64,000 nt of DNA, from the NCBI GenBank assembly GCA_030324005.1, contig JARDVH010000132.1, forward strand, positions 94,149,134 to 94,213,133. Direction: 5' to 3'. Position 1 is the stretch's first letter. Each line of letters begins with the position of its first letter. The DNA comes from Negaprion brevirostris. Its lineage: Eukaryota. The notes beneath the pieces are model-generated. The model did no database searches, was not told where the DNA came from, and was given only the letters and a program-made list of their open reading frames with translations. Both the position numbers and the translations under genes were made by a program. Below are positions 13,415-25,835 of the stretch, piece by piece.

Positions 13415-13759
13415 GTAAGTTCAGAGACAATGCATTCTATTAGATTTGAAGCATTCCAAAACAATATAACTGTGACACTGATTTGCAATTTTAACTATAG
13501 ATGGCATGCCTGAGGTTGAAATTTATTTTGGTAAATGGCAAGCTTGCAGTTGGTGAACTGAACAAATTTCTCATCGTTTTGCTTCTTAAAAATAATTTGA
13601 ATTAACTTTTTGTTAATGAGCTTAATGTTTCAAAGGATTTTCTATTTTGAATATCTCAAGCGGAGCAGTTTCATCCCAGTCCATTTGTAAGTTTGTTGTC
13701 TACTCATCAGCCATGATTGGTTTCTCGGGTAACTGCGAAAAGGATTGATTCTTTTATTT

Positions 13760-14088
13760 TTATTCTTTCATGGGGTGTGGGTGATACTAGCAATGCCAGC
13801 TTTTGTTGTTCATCCCTAATTGCCCTTGGACCGAGTGGTATGCTAGGCCATTTCGGAGAACAGTTAAGAGTCAATCACGGTGCTGTGGATCTGGAGTCAC
13901 CTGTAGGCTAGACTAGGTGAGGATATTCCTTCAAAGATGTTAGTGCACCAGATGAGTCTTTGTGGTGATAGTTTCCAAACCTGGACTTTATTAATGGAAG
14001 CTGCAAATTGGGCCCTTATTCCTAGGGTATTAGCCTCGACCTCTAAATTACTAGTCTAGTGGCATGACCAAAATGCCATCATCTCCCT
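13760..14088 (-). mobile_element. Deu-domain SINE
   Basis: Co-linear with 27987-28340 and the inverse of 35338-35712. Confidence 0.7.
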
Positions 14089-14989
14089 CATAATGAGACA
14101 AGTGTTTGGTTGAATTCATAGCAATATTCTTGGGAATGGGAAGAGATTTGATTTTTGACATTCAGTTACAGTAGTGACAGTGTATCATTATCTGAAATGG
14201 TGTTCTTGGATGTGATGTTGAACTGATGACCTGCTCCAGTTGAACATTAAACAACCCTGTGATTTTTTCGAATAAGAGTTGACACCTTGTTCCTTTTCAC
14301 TTTTTTGTCTCACGTTCCATTTGTTTCATAGTTTGCACTTTAAAAATGAGCTTGTGTGAAGCTCTTTTGAGATGTTTTTCAGATATATGATAAATGCAAA
14401 TATTTTTCTTTGACTATCCTGCCTCATTTTCTCAACTTTTAAAATGTATTACAAAAACACTTTTTGTTCTGAGTGTATGTTAAATTCATTTGGAGTTCAG
14501 AATGATTTTCAATGTAATACATTGAATTATTTTTGATATTCGCTGGTAGACTAGAACGCCTTCATGACATCACGCTGCCGACTTGGTCTATTTTTAATAT
14601 CACTGCTCTTAAGAAATTGTAGCACCTTTACGCACTTAAAAAAACTCCTGCAGTTAGTGAGGTAACTGCTTGTAACTTTTTGTATTGAGGATCAACAGCT
14701 GGCTTTTAAAAAAGCAAATGGTAATTTGTTCTACAAGTGTGATGCCTGAAAATATGATCATACTCATGCTAAATATAGTTTTGTTTTATGCAACATTATC
14801 AACTTGTCTATCTGAGCTAAGTGTCTCTCCTCAAATTTTTATCATTCTCTATTTCTGATCATTTTATTAAAATATATTGTTTAGCATTTTAATGTGGAGA
14901 AATGCAAAACTTTGTAACCTACATGTATCTTCCTGAAGTCAAACTATGTTCTCTTCAGAGGCTCCAAACCTCTTCATGAACTTGTAGGA

Positions 14990-15490
14990 ATGAGAGCCAT
15001 GTATTTTGTTTCTCAAAATCTTGAACCACGGCAGATCCTGTGGTGTGGGTATGCCGACAGTGCTGTTAAGGAAGTAGTTCCAGGATTTTGACCCAGTGGC
15101 AGTCATGATATGGCGACACAGTTCCAAGTTGGGGTCATGTGTGGCTAGGAGGTGAATTTGCAGGTGGTGGTGTTCCCATTCATCTGCTAGCCTGTCCTCA
15201 GTGTTAGAATTTGCGGGTTGGAAGTTTACTGTTGAAGGAACCTTGCTGAGTTGCTGCAGTGCATCTTGTGCCCTGTTGCAGTGGTAGAGAAGTGAATGTT
15301 AAAGGTGCTGGATGGGCTGCCAGTTAAGCAGACTCCTTTCTGTTGGATGATGTTGTGTTTCTTTAGTGTTGTTGGAACTGTAGTCATCTTGGCAATTGGT
15401 GAGTATTATCTGTACCATTATAGATGATTCTGGGATGTCTAGAGGTGACTGACTTGCAGTAGAAATCCCAGCCTCTGACCTGCTTTTGTA
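14990..15490 (-). mobile_element. CR1-group LINE 3' fragment
   Basis: Reverse-complement homolog of 1850-2260. Confidence 0.65.
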
Positions 15491-15746
15491 ACTATAACTT
15501 GCTATGATTTGAGTGTGTGAGAGTAATAGGTTCTGAAGAGTCTAAAGAGGTAGATTCATGAGTATAAGTGAGTGTGTTGAGGTTTCCCAGTGTTTGGACA
15601 GCTCAACATTAAATTGGGGAGAGATTGGATGGCACGTTGTGGGGATAATTAAATGCCATGTGTCCCAGTATGAAGAAGGGCTCAGCACTTTGTCTCCTCT
15701 GCAAAATGGTTTGGAGACTTTGACAGAGGATGTCAGGATGGGAAGT

Positions 15747-16590
15747 CATGATGTGGAGATGCCAGCATTGGACTGGGGTAAACACCATAAGAAATCTGAA
15801 CACTAGTCCAACAGGTTTATTTGGTAGCAAAAGCCACTAGCTTTTGGAGCGCTGCTGCTTCATCAGCTAAGTGGGAGTTCCGTTCACAAACAGGGCATAT
15901 AAAAACACAAACTCCGTTTATAATGGTTGGAATGTGAGTCGTTACAGGAAATCATGTCTTAAAGGTATAGACAATGTGAATAGAAAGAGGGTTAAGCACA
16001 GGTTAAAGAGGTGTGTATTGTCTCCAGCCAGGATAGTCAGTGAGATTTTCAAGCCCAGGCATGTTGTGGGGGTTACAGATAGTGTGACATGAACAAAAGA
16101 TCCTGGTTGAGGCCATCCTCGTGTGCAGAACTTGGCTATAAGTCTCTGCTGAGCGACTTGTGTGTCGTGAAGGCCACCTTGGAGAATGCTTACCCAAAGA
16201 TTAGAGGCCAAATGCCCGTGACCGCTGAAGTGTTCCCCAACAGGAAGAGAACACTCTTGCCTGGTGATTGTTGAGCTGTGTTCATTCATCCGTTGTCGTA
16301 GCATCTGCATGGTCTCTCAAATGTACCATGCCTTGGGACATCCCTTCCTGCAGCATATCAGGTAGACAACGTTGGCTGAGTTGCAAGTGTTTGTACTGTG
16401 TACCTGGTGGATGGTGTTCTCACATTGTGTGGTTGTTTGAAGGCAATCTCAAACAGACCATTGTCCGCAGCGAACTACCCAGCCTTCAGGAGAACGGTGA
16501 CCACAACACCACACAACCCTGCCACAGCAATCTCTGCAAGATGTGCAGGATCATCGACATGGATGCCATCATCTCACGAGACTTCTTATT
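15747..16590 (-). mobile_element. Penelope-like (Neptune-type) element, 5'-truncated with an inverted 5' segment
   Basis: Minus strand: NSANVVYLICCRKGCPKAWYI*ETMQMLRQRMNEH...LPVGEHFSGHGH (GIY-YIG). Plus-strand 16446-16579 encodes the upstream Cys linker. Candidate TSD aggatgggaagt at 15735-15746 and 16591-16602. Confidence 0.85.
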
Positions 16591-17749
16591 AGGATGGGAA
16601 GTGTCATGGCTGCCCTAGAACTTTAAATGAAACATCAAATCGGCAACAAGTGTGCTGTGGAGGGAATGGGGGGTGGCAATACAGAGCTTAGGTTCATTCT
16701 GTGCACAACTCACCTAACTGTGCACACACAGGCTAAGCATTCTTGACCTCTCAGAAGGGCAGTGTTTCCAGTGGCTAAGATTGTCACATCATGTGGCAGC
16801 CAATATTTTTAACCACTGCACTGAGGATATCCAAATGGTGGATTTGGTGTGCATGACCAGTGACTGTGAAAGTTGCAGTCCATTTTTTTGTATCTGGTTT
16901 CTTTTAGTGTGTTATTGGGACCGTATTGAGGGTCCTGTCAGTCCACTGCCCAAAAATGCATATGGCAGGTGACAGTTGGAATATTTGCCAGGTCAGGGTA
17001 TGATTGATTCTGGATGATGTGAAGTTTTGCAATAAATTCAATTACTCTTTTTTTTTGCTTTTTGATGTTTATTTCTTATTGTCCCTTTAAATATCAAATT
17101 TTTGAAGAACTCTCCACCACCCCCTCTGAACCAAATGGGTCTACTTCTCTCTTTTTAATCATATCCAGACCTTTGATATGGAAGGGCCTCCTGGCTCTCC
17201 AGCACTGTAATGTTTCTCCATCTAGTCATTCAGAACTGGAAGATATACTCAATTATGTTCTCACTGGAGCACCATGCAGTTTGATCCATGATTTCCTCTG
17301 CCTTGCATTCAGCTGCTTTAGCTATATAATTCAGAATTATTTTTACTACTGTTCTATCAAGTCACCCAGGTTCTGTTTAACTTCATTAATTTTATTATCA
17401 CTGTGTATGTGAACACTTCACTTCACCATCAATTTTATATACCTTCCTATGTAAAATAATTTGTATTAAAAACACTCAAATATCTCCACTAAACTTGTGT
17501 GTAACACAATAGAAATCATCTCCCATAAATTGACATTTTCTTGCAAGACAGGAAGGTTGTAGGACAAATTCAATGACACTATGCTCCCAGGAGGGACCTT
17601 CACTAGATGGATGTACTAGTCAGAGATGAGGCTGGTCAAGCATTGTCTTGGTCCCCCTCCTATTTCGCATCTACATGCTGCCTCTTGACAATAGCCTCTG
17701 AAGTTACAGCACCTGTAACTTTGGATACTGGGAAGAGGGGATGAAAGGC

Positions 17750-20745
17750 TGAGTAAATTGGGCATTTACATTCGAGTTTAGAAGAATGAGAGGTGTTCTT
17801 ATTAAACATACAAGATCCTCAAAGAGCTTGACAGAGTAGGCACTTGGAGGTTCTATTCCCTGGCTTGGGAATCTCCAACACTGGGGGTATAGTCTCAGGA
17901 TAAGGAGTTGATTGTTTAGGAATGAGTTGGAAAAAATCTATTCACTTGAAGGGTTGTGAATCTTTGGAATTCTCTACCCCAGTTGATCCATCACTGAATA
18001 TATTTAAACTTGGTTTGTGTCCCTTTTGAAAATCAATCTGCAGAGTTAAGGTCATATGACCTGGGAAATCAATGAGAGAACAGGGTGGGGGATTATCTGG
18101 TAAGTGTAGCCTGCAGTACTCAACCCATCTGAGGAGCTGATAGCGGCCAAGAGGCTGCAAGCCGCAGTATAGTTTTAACCTGTAATTAAATGAGTTGTGT
18201 TTTCCTTATACTGGTGAATGAGCACTTTGCATTGGGCGACTAAGTTTAAAAAAAATACTTAAACTGAGAGTGTCCAGTTTACTTTGAAGCTGAGAAAAGG
18301 AAAGAGTACATACCAAGATGCCCTTCTTTGGAGAGATTTATTTGACTCCTCTGCAGAGGACTGGATGCACTTTGGGTATTAATTCCAAGTGCATAAATAA
18401 AGAAGGAGGCAAAGTGCAAGGCAGTTCTCCTATATACATGTGGAAGTAAAACTTATCATCTGATTCACAGCCTCACATACCCAAGAGTGGCTGACTCCAA
18501 ATCGTTCACTGAGCCCATAGAATTGGTGAAGTCACATTTCCAACCTAAACTGTCAATCATACTCGAGAGATTCAAGTTTAATTCAAGGGGAGAGCCCAAG
18601 GTGAAATGATTGTGATTTCCTTCACTAAATTGAAACTCATCAGAGTATTGCAAATCTGGAGTCACCTTGAGTGAAATGTTATGGGGCAGATTAGTTTGCA
18701 AAGTGAACAATGAGGCGATCCAAAGGAGATTAGTTGCAGAAATCAATATAAATTTCAAAATAAACAATGGAGTTTGAAGAGGCAATGGAAAGCACTGAAA
18801 AAACTGCACAGGAATGTCAATGTGTACAAAATGGCACCATTCACCAGCTAGGGCTGGAACCTTGAGTCAGTAGTGGTACCAAAACTGAAGAAGTTGCCTC
18901 GAGAAGGGAAACTAGTTCAGCCACAAATAAGACCAGATGATTTAGAAGAGGCAATCAATCAGCAAAGTTTGAAGTGGAATGCTCCCAATTGTGGAGGAAA
19001 GCAGTCCACTGAATTCTGCAGATTTAAGGAGATGGAATTTTTTTTGGTCATAGGCGAAGCCATTTAAAACAGAGGTGCAGAGTTGGATCCAGTCGGCTGA
19101 GTGGCTGATTAAATAATGCATCACCAGTATACAATATGGAAGAGGCCAGTGCCAATGATTTGAATATTCACGCACTGTTAAATATAAAAATAGGCAAACT
19201 AGCCCCTATTGTAATGTTCTAAGTAAATTGGAAGCTTATTTACCTGATGCCCGAGTATCTACTTGCACTTCTGTGACAGGTCAGCATGGATATCAGTGCT
19301 TGAGAGGAGTTCAACCATTGAATTTAAAGAGTACTGTGGCCAAGTTAACTTATGCTGAAGAAGCGATTAAAAATTGTAGCCACTACAATGGTACATATAA
19401 GTTATTGGCAACAGTCTACCCAAATCCCAGTGATCATAATGACAGGCGAAGGACCATGCCTTCTTGGCCTTGATTGGTGCCAGTTAAATTGGACCGAGAT
19501 TTTCCAAGTTGGGAAGGAGGACAGCTCGAACTGATGAAGAAATATGAGTGTATCTTCAAAGACGAATTGGGCAAAATATAAGACCTACAAGTGAAGATCT
19601 ATGTGGACCTAGAGATACCTCAATTCTTTAGGGCAAGACAAATGCCATATGCTTTGAGAAAAATGTAGATACTGAATTAAAACAGTTGGAAGAACTGGGT
19701 GTTATCCAGCCAGTTCAGTTCTTGGAATGGTCAACACCAATAGTTTCTGTATTGAAACTGAACATGGCCATCTGCATTTGTGATTACAAGCTAATAGTTA
19801 ATCAAGCTGCCTAGTTGGAAAAGGGTCCAATCCTGAAGATTGAAGACCTGCAAGATTGGCTGGAGGTTAACCTTATACAAAGCTGGATCGAAGTCATTCA
19901 TATGAGAAATTCTAATTAGACAGTGCTTCCTAAGATTATGTCATGATAAACACACAAAGGGTTGATCCAGTACACACACCTGCCTTTTGGTGTGTCTTCA
20001 GCATGTGCAATTTTCCAGAGGACAATAGAGAGTTTGCTGCAGGGGCTGCCATGAGTTGATTGCTATCAGGAAATATTGCCGAATATTATAGTACTGAAAT
20101 ACCTGGTTGTCCTGAGGCAGGCACAACTGGTGTCTCCATGGAAAGAGAATGGAACTGCCTGTGTCTGAAAGAAGTGCCTGTCATTGTGGGGATTTTTGCT
20201 GACAGCAATCCTGTGGAAACGCCTCAGGCAGAGGAGTTAACCACTCAAGGATTCGGAAACACCCTGAAAGACTTAATTTATTGATCAGATTCATGTATTA
20301 AATGTTTAGTTATATTCTATCTAAATGGAGAATTGATATTTATACAAAAGGACTTAAAAGGAGAGAGATGTGGTGACTGACCTTTTCAGAATCAATCTGC
20401 GTAAGGGTCACGTAATCCAGGAAACCAACCAGAGAACATAGTGAGTGATCACCCTGGTAAGTGCAGCCTGCTGTACCCAGTCATCTCAGGAACTGATTGC
20501 AATCACGAGACTGCAAGCCTCTGTATAGTTTTAACCTGTCAGTAAATAAGTTGTATGTTCCCTGGTGAATGAGCACCTTTACACTGAAATAAACAGATTT
20601 TTGGTCTTTCAGAGAATCAAGAGATATGAAGAATTGACAGAAAAATGGAGATTGAGATAGATGATCAGCGATAATTGTATTGAATGATGAAGCTAGTTCG
20701 AGGGGTTTTATGGTCTTGTGCTGTTCTAGCTCTTTTTATATTTTT
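17750..20745 (+). mobile_element. CR1 3' fragment (17750-18010 and 20584-20745) split by a Gypsy insertion
   Basis: EFRRMRGVLIKTYKILKELDRV-type C-terminus; the sequence resumes co-linearly after the 3' LTR. Confidence 0.7.
18011..20583 (+). mobile_element. Gypsy LTR retrotransposon, internally deleted and degraded
   Basis: Diverged LTRs ~18011-18231 and 20369-20583; PBS-like ttgggcgac; PPT aaaaggagagaga; gag remnant ILERFKFNSR; RT remnants LEELGVIQPVQFLEWSTPIVSVLK and HLPFGVSSACAIFQRTIESLLQGLP. Confidence 0.88.
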
Positions 20746-20943
20746 AAATGGCTGACCTTGCTTCTGCCTATCCTCTATTCATCCCCAATCCTTCTGCACG
20801 TCTTCAATGTTGATTGCTTGCATCTTTGACTTTAATCAATCTCCCAGTAGGTAGCTGAAAACACAGCTGTTGAACTATAATTTGCAGAATTCTCTCCCTA
20901 CATTTCCATGTCTCTAGCCCTTTCACATTAAAAATGCTACTTT

Positions 20944-21075
20944 AAATCTGAAATAAAAACAGAAAATACTTTCATCAGACTGAAACGTTTATCACAGATT
21001 TTCTCTCCACATAAACATTTGTAGCATTTTCTGTTTTTATTTCAGATTTACAGCAATTGGAGTATTTTGCTTCTA
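20944..21075. repeat. Short palindromic element (Penelope-tail-like)
   Basis: Perfect 24-bp inverted repeat aaatctgaaataaaaacagaaaat at 20944-20967 / 21026-21049. Confidence 0.75.
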
Positions 21076-21121
21076 ACTCCTTCATATCAACCTTTTTGAG
21101 CAAGCACTTTGTTACCTAAAT

Positions 21122-21560
21122 TAAAATAAGTGCTGGGAAAACTCAGCAGGTCTGAAGAATGAAGTAGAGACAGTGTTTTGAGTCTGTGTGTTTTTGTCAG
21201 AGCGTATGGACGTATGAGCCAGAATTCTCCAGTCATTCATGCTGGCAGGATTCCCTGGTCCCACTGACAATGCACCCCCGCCTGCAGGTTTCCCGCTGGC
21301 TTGGGGTGAAAGCAATGGGAATTTCCATTGACAGCGGCAGGACCAGAGAATCCCGCTGTTAGCAAACAGTGCACCACCTCCTGCTGGCAGTAAGCATGTA
21401 GTTGTGAGGCTGGAGAATCTCACCCGTGGAGTGTCTCAGACTCGAAATATTAACTCTGTTTTTCTCTCTCCTCAGATGCTGCCAGACCTGCTGAATGTTT
21501 CCAGCCTTTTCTGTTTTTGCTATAAGACTTTTGGCATCCACAGTGTTTTGCTTTTTTTCT
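21122..21560. mobile_element. Palindromic Penelope-tail-like element interrupted by a MITE
   Basis: Arms gctgggaaaactcagcaggtctg and cagacctgctgaatgtttccagc, with residual gactcgaaa; MITE at 21216-21425. Confidence 0.6.
21216..21425. mobile_element. MITE (~210 bp, imperfect TIRs)
   Basis: Ends gagccagaattctccag / ctggagaatctcaccc; inverted homolog at ~49701-49898. Confidence 0.65.
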
Positions 21561-21577
21561 TTGTTACCTATCCTAAT

Positions 21578-21785
21578 GCAGAGATGCCAGTGTTGGACTG
21601 TGGTAGGTGCAGTAAGAAGTGTCTCAACACCAGGTTAAAGTCCAACAGGTTTATTTGATAGCACGAGCTTTCGGAGCGCTGCCCCTTCATCAGGTGACTC
21701 ACCTGATGAAGAGGCAGTGCTCCAAAAGCTCATGCTACCAAATAAACCTGTTGGACTTCAGCTGGTGTCGAGATGACTTACTGTG
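21578..21785. mobile_element. Palindromic non-autonomous Penelope-derived element with 11-bp TSD
   Basis: TSD cctatcctaat at 21567-21577 and 21786-21796; ~88-bp arms centred on 21698; arms match the terminus of the Penelope copy at 15747. Confidence 0.88.
21662..21696 (-). ncRNA. Minimal type I hammerhead ribozyme motif, core intact
   Basis: Minus strand reads CAC-CUGAUGA-A-GGGGC-AGC-GCUCC-GAA-AGCU-C-GUG: stem I CAC/GUG, stem II, GAAA, palindromic AGCU stem III, CUC cleavage triplet. Activity untested. Confidence 0.7.
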
Positions 21786-22292
21786 CCTATCCTAATATGG
21801 TTGTGTTAGTTTTTTGTTGTTTCTGTGAAGTGTATTTGAACTTTTTACCGTGTTAAAGACACTATATAAATGCAAGTCTCTGTCATACTTGAGCCCTGAC
21901 TGCACGCTCTCTTCCAGTGAAGCACCATTCCACATTTGTCCTGGTGCCTTCTCCCGACCACTATCAGAAGGACTAAATGAAAATGCACCTTTTTAGAATG
22001 TAAAATGTTGAAATGTAATATTATGAGCAAGTTTTGACTGTCAGCAGCTTCTATTGTGTACGACACTAATAATAATTCAAGATTTTCAGGTTGCATTTTC
22101 TAACCCATACCACAGTTCTGCATTATGGATTTTTAAGTCGTGGTTGAGTGTATTAAGATTAGAAAAATGTTACATTTTATGGGGATAAATTCTATAAACC
22201 TTAAGCAGTTGACATGCTCAGTCTGTTTGTGTAGTACAGCTTGTCTGTATTTAATAATTAATGCTGTGTGTTTCCTTAATGCCTTTTATTAG

Positions 22293-22400
22293 GCTTTGGC
22301 TCAGAATGCAGAGCTCAAAGGCCGGCTGTGCAGGATACATGCTGAGTCTAGGCTGGTAGACCCAGCTGTCACTATATATTCAAGTCCAGGTTCAGTTAAG
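22293..22400 (+). CDS. OSBPL3: OSBPL3 coding exon (108 nt, symmetric)
   Basis: ttattag|GCT...AAG|gtgggt; ALAQNAELKGRLCRIHAESRLVDPAVTIYSSPGSVK. Confidence 0.92.
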
Positions 22401-23609
22401 GTGGGTCTGTACAAATGTTGTCAACTATATCCATAGTATTTATGTGGATTGTTCATTTAAGCATCACTGGACTACAGTTATTAATTCCCACAAGTGATGA
22501 AACATTTAGTGATAAGTGTCATAAAAATCCTCACAAATGGGATGTACATGTAATTTCATAGTTTCTGCTGTATGTACTATTCTTCCATGGGAAAAAATCC
22601 ACTTTACACTTCATTAAATGTTGGTGATCCTTCTAAATATGAAGGACTGTTTAAAACTCAATGATATCAACTGAAGCAATTGCCAACCATCAAAAAGATT
22701 TTGGCTTTTTATAAACTCGGTTGTAACGTTAANNNNNNNNNNNNNNNNNNNNNNNNNNNNNNNNNNNNNNNNNNNNNNNNNNNNNNNNNNNNNNNNNNNN
22801 NNNNNNNNNNNNNNNNNNNNNNNNNNNNNNNNACGTTAAAAAGGTGATTATTGGAGAAGTAATTTTAGCTCAGTTGCTTGAGGCTTGTACTTTTAAATTG
22901 AGTTTTAAGTGTTGGTGATTTTAAGCATGGAGCATGTCTTCCATATTTTATTTAGCACTGGCTTAATACTAACTGTGCGATCAAGTTAAAATTGTTGTTG
23001 TTGCAGGATGAAGAACACTTTTCACTCTGCCCTTAGTAATTTCTTCCATTCCAATTAAACGGCAAAATTTTATCATATGCCGATAGATCTCAGTCATCCT
23101 GCAATGAAGGGCATGATATGCATATGATTATGTGATAAAGAATAATACCAACAACTTGCACAATTAACATAAAACTTGAGGCACTTTTCAGGGGAAAACA
23201 GGAATATTGAGATGTTACAACAAAAGATTTGATAATCAGTGTTTTGAGGAAGTGCTTGAAGATGGTGTGTGATGTAAGATGGTGGAGAGATTTAGGCTTT
23301 GCTTTTGAGTTGACAGTAGCCAGAGTTAGCGCAGGAGTGTAGATTGGACAAGGTTGTACATGAAAACAAGAATCTTGAAGACAGTACATTGGTAGAACAA
23401 GGAGTTGGTGCTTGGCAGGGAAAAAGCTAATGAATGAAAGAACAGAATTTTAGATGAGTTATAGAGTTTTGTTTCTGGAAGAGACATATTAACAATTAAC
23501 CGCCAAGGGTTATCAAGAGACTGGTGGAAGAATTTCTCGTGAGGGCCGGAAAAGATGGCTTCTGTTTCTTATTGTTGAATCTGAAGGTATGGCGCTTTAT
23601 CATTGCCAA

Positions 23610-24062
23610 TTACAGCACAGAAGGAAGCCATTTGGCCCACAAAGTCTATGCCATTCTCAGTACAGCAGTCCAGTCAGATCCATTCCCTTGCTGATTATTG
23701 GCATTGCCCTTTAAGCTTACTTTTTTCAAGTGCCCATCCAATTCCCTTTTGAAATCATTGTCTCTGCACCACTAGTCCCATCAGCAATGAGTTCCAGCTC
23801 ATCACCATTCAAGTGTAAACAAAATTCTTCCTCACATCTCCCTTGTATCTTTTGCCCAACAATTTAAAATCCTTGTCCCATAGTCCTTGTGCAATCAGCA
23901 GATGGGAATGGTTTTTCTTAATCTCTCCATAAATCTCCTGTGCACCAAAGAGAACAACCCTGACTTCACCAACCTCCCATATCCCCAAACCATTCTGGTA
24001 AACTTCCTGTGCACCCTCCCAAGGACCCTCACATTCTTCATTAAGTGTGGTGACCAGAACTT
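23610..24062 (-). mobile_element. CR1 LINE 3' fragment
   Basis: Minus-strand FKLLGKRYKGDVRKNF plus CR1 tail. Confidence 0.7.
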
Positions 24063-25835
24063 CCTTTTTTTTTGTAAGAAGGAGCAAAAGAGAATAAAAG
24101 GAACCGACTCTTACAGTACTCAGAAATTTGTTTCAATTACTATTGTCCTGACTGATATATGGATATGAAATCATTTTTGCAATTTATCAATGCATTTTAG
24201 TTAATATTTCAGAGCTCACTAAATAATAAGTTGAGATCTAATTATAGAAATTAGCTTCAGTCTTGATTGTGCCTCAGATAAAATGTCAAATTATTTGAAT
24301 AGTTCAGTAATTGGAGGATTGAGGATCGTGACAGTGAGATAGGTCTGGGTGTTATGCATTTTAGAAACTAACCATGTTTGTGGAACCTTGCCGCTATGCA
24401 AAAGTTAAAAAATTGACAAGAATGCTCCTTAAACTGCAAAGGAGGTTGTTGAGAAGAAAATTAAGCCCACAGTGGACAACCGTAAACTATTGAGTTAAAA
24501 TCCAAGCACAGAAACGCGTTGCATTTTATATTTATCATAAATTGTTAACTTTAAAGACTGCATTAAAAGTGGGTAAATACATGATTTGGAGTGAAGGGAA
24601 GATTATAGATGTGACAAGGAGCTTGGGTGTGGTTTATCTTATACGTCTCAATGAGATCTCCCCTCATTCTTCTAAACTCTAACGAGTACAAGCCTAGTTT
24701 ATTCAGCCTCNNNNNNNNNNNNNNNNNNNNNNNNNNNNNNNNNNNNNNNNNNNNNNNNNNNNNNNNNNNNNNNNNNNNNNNNNNNNNNNNNNNNNNNNNN
24801 NTAATTTCTAAATGCTGGGGACCTATATATAAAAAAAGTCATTTGGATACCAAGGTAGGTGGGATAATGCAGAAAGATTTGCCATGGTCTTGGTGAATAG
24901 CAGAGTAGACTTGAAGGGCCAAATGGCCTACTGTGCTCCTGTTTTGTACATTCTTCTGTATTTTTGGCATTGCAAATCTAATTTTGAAGCTATATTTTAA
25001 AAAAAGTAGCAATCTTAGGCCATAGAAATAATGGTCAAAAAAGTAATGAGGTTCATTTAGAGGGAAAGGATTCTATAACCAGGTTAATAAGGACAGGAAG
25101 TTGGGTAAAGATCAGTTTTCTGTTTTCTCTTTTTGCCTCTGGTTTCAGCAAGTTTGTAATTAAATATATTTGCTCTGGGATAATTTCAGCCTAACTGTTT
25201 GAATGTATCTCTGCAGCAATAGATTTTAATAAATCTTAACCTTTAGTATGTTAACTTGTATTAAAAGACTAAAAATACAAGGTTCCTACAAATATAACAT
25301 TGGCATTAGAATCTAAATGAGAATTAGCTGAAACTTTTATTTTTGCTGATTTAAAAATATTCCTGGGCTTTGCTACATTGGCTAACAACTGTTTTTATTC
25401 TCTTTTCGTGTTTGAGAATGATGCTAATGGCTGCGTTTTGGTTGTGGAAGGCCATTTCAACCATGCCAACTCATTCAAACGTGAAGGAACTGCAGCTGTT
25501 CCCCTCTCAAATCCCGAAGTTATACAATCCACTGTTTCCTTTATTTTTCCCATACTACTACAAAGTTAATATAAGTTAATCATCGTTTGCCTTTCTGTAG
25601 TTTAAACTTTTACTTTTCACCATTATAGAATTTAAAGCAGTACTTCAAACAGATAATTAAGAAATTATCAGAAAGGTTAGGATGAATCTGTGCTGAATAA
25701 ATTGGAGTCCAAGTATGGTGTGAAAAGCAGGTAACTGAACAATGAGCCATCTTCAAAGAAATGGCATACGCACAGTCAAGGTATGTCTCCCTGAACAGGA
25801 AAACCAATCCAGAGCTCCCTGGATGACAAAGAGAT

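Noticed and set aside
21700-21734. Claim that the sense-strand hammerhead was specifically inactivated by selection
   Set aside because: The same G12A change occurs in antisense copies (15.8 and 33.3 kb) and sits in a CpG, so neutral decay suffices.
25370-25579. Short ORFs in apparently unique intronic sequence
   Set aside because: No recognisable homology, no convincing splice-site pair, and lengths expected by chance.
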